From NCBI RefSeq assembly GCF_006345805.1, contig NW_021834641.1:1-48129 (forward strand): 48,129 bases of DNA, written 5' to 3'. A program made the translations under genes and the position numbers. The notes under the pieces were generated by a model that saw only the letters and a list, made by a program, of their open reading frames with translations, was not told where the DNA came from and ran no database searches. Source of the DNA: Octopus sinensis (taxonomy: Eukaryota). Positions 47,711-48,129 of the stretch are shown one piece after another (within the stretch, counting starts at the first letter, position 1; each line of letters begins with the position of its first letter).

Positions 47711-48129
47711 CAAAATAAGATGATCACAATTAGAAGGCCTTTCTTTGATCGTAGACTTGGAAGATCAAGGCTGACTTGCAAATGAAATTTTTTGTTTTAA
47801 AAATCATTAACAACTACAGTAACAGCAACAACAGCCGCGTCAGCAGCAGCAGCAACAACAACAACAATAACAATATCGAAACAGTCAGTTACCAGATCGT
47901 ACATGACAGATCATTGATGATTGCTTCGATAAGGTTAACTACCGCAGAAGGGAGGTTTATAATTATGAGACCGGCACTAGAGTGTGTCAATAACCAACGC
48001 TCTTTGATTTCAAATGTCAATCTGAATGGGCATCACGGAATGATATTGCTGTTTAACCCTGACGTCAGGCTTCATCATGTGGATCTATGATCAAAGGCGG
48101 TCCGGCTGTGACCATCCAGTTATTTCTCG

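Noticed and set aside
47776-48090. 104-aa ORF at the window end
   Set aside because: It starts in AAC/AGC repeats and the rest resembles a dispersed repeat end (GGC.TTCCAGCCGTGACCATCC also near 26325). No domain is recognised.

Overview
AT-rich, microsatellite-saturated eukaryotic non-coding DNA. The SINE types, the microsatellite load and a GC-expanded 18S fragment point to a coleoid cephalopod, probably Octopus (inference; no search was run). I found no host protein-coding exon that I can support. Nearly all listed ORFs are translations of microsatellites or antisense frames of retroelements. Supported content: more than 20 tRNA-derived SINE copies from several modular families; the 3' end of an L1/Tx1-like LINE inside a (TCTA)n tract; two R4/Dong-like restriction-endonuclease LINE fragments either side of a (TAA)n tract; two non-autonomous Helitrons; several MITE/foldback elements; a Penelope-like partial tandem; a ~4 kb degenerate 21-bp repeat; and a 1.1 kb tandem duplication that may be an assembly artefact. 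Most notable: (1) a TSD-flanked 336-bp tRNA-headed SINE carrying a complete minimal hammerhead ribozyme motif (14493-14828); (2) a second, unrelated hammerhead in a back-to-back palindrome (46144-46273); (3) a ~355-bp decayed 18S rRNA segment replacing part of a SINE head (40530-40885). Dense single-base indels in young repeats suggest uncorrected long-read errors, so frameshifts here should not be over-read. SINE family labels A, B, C, D and G are my own, and boundaries are approximate unless a TSD is given.
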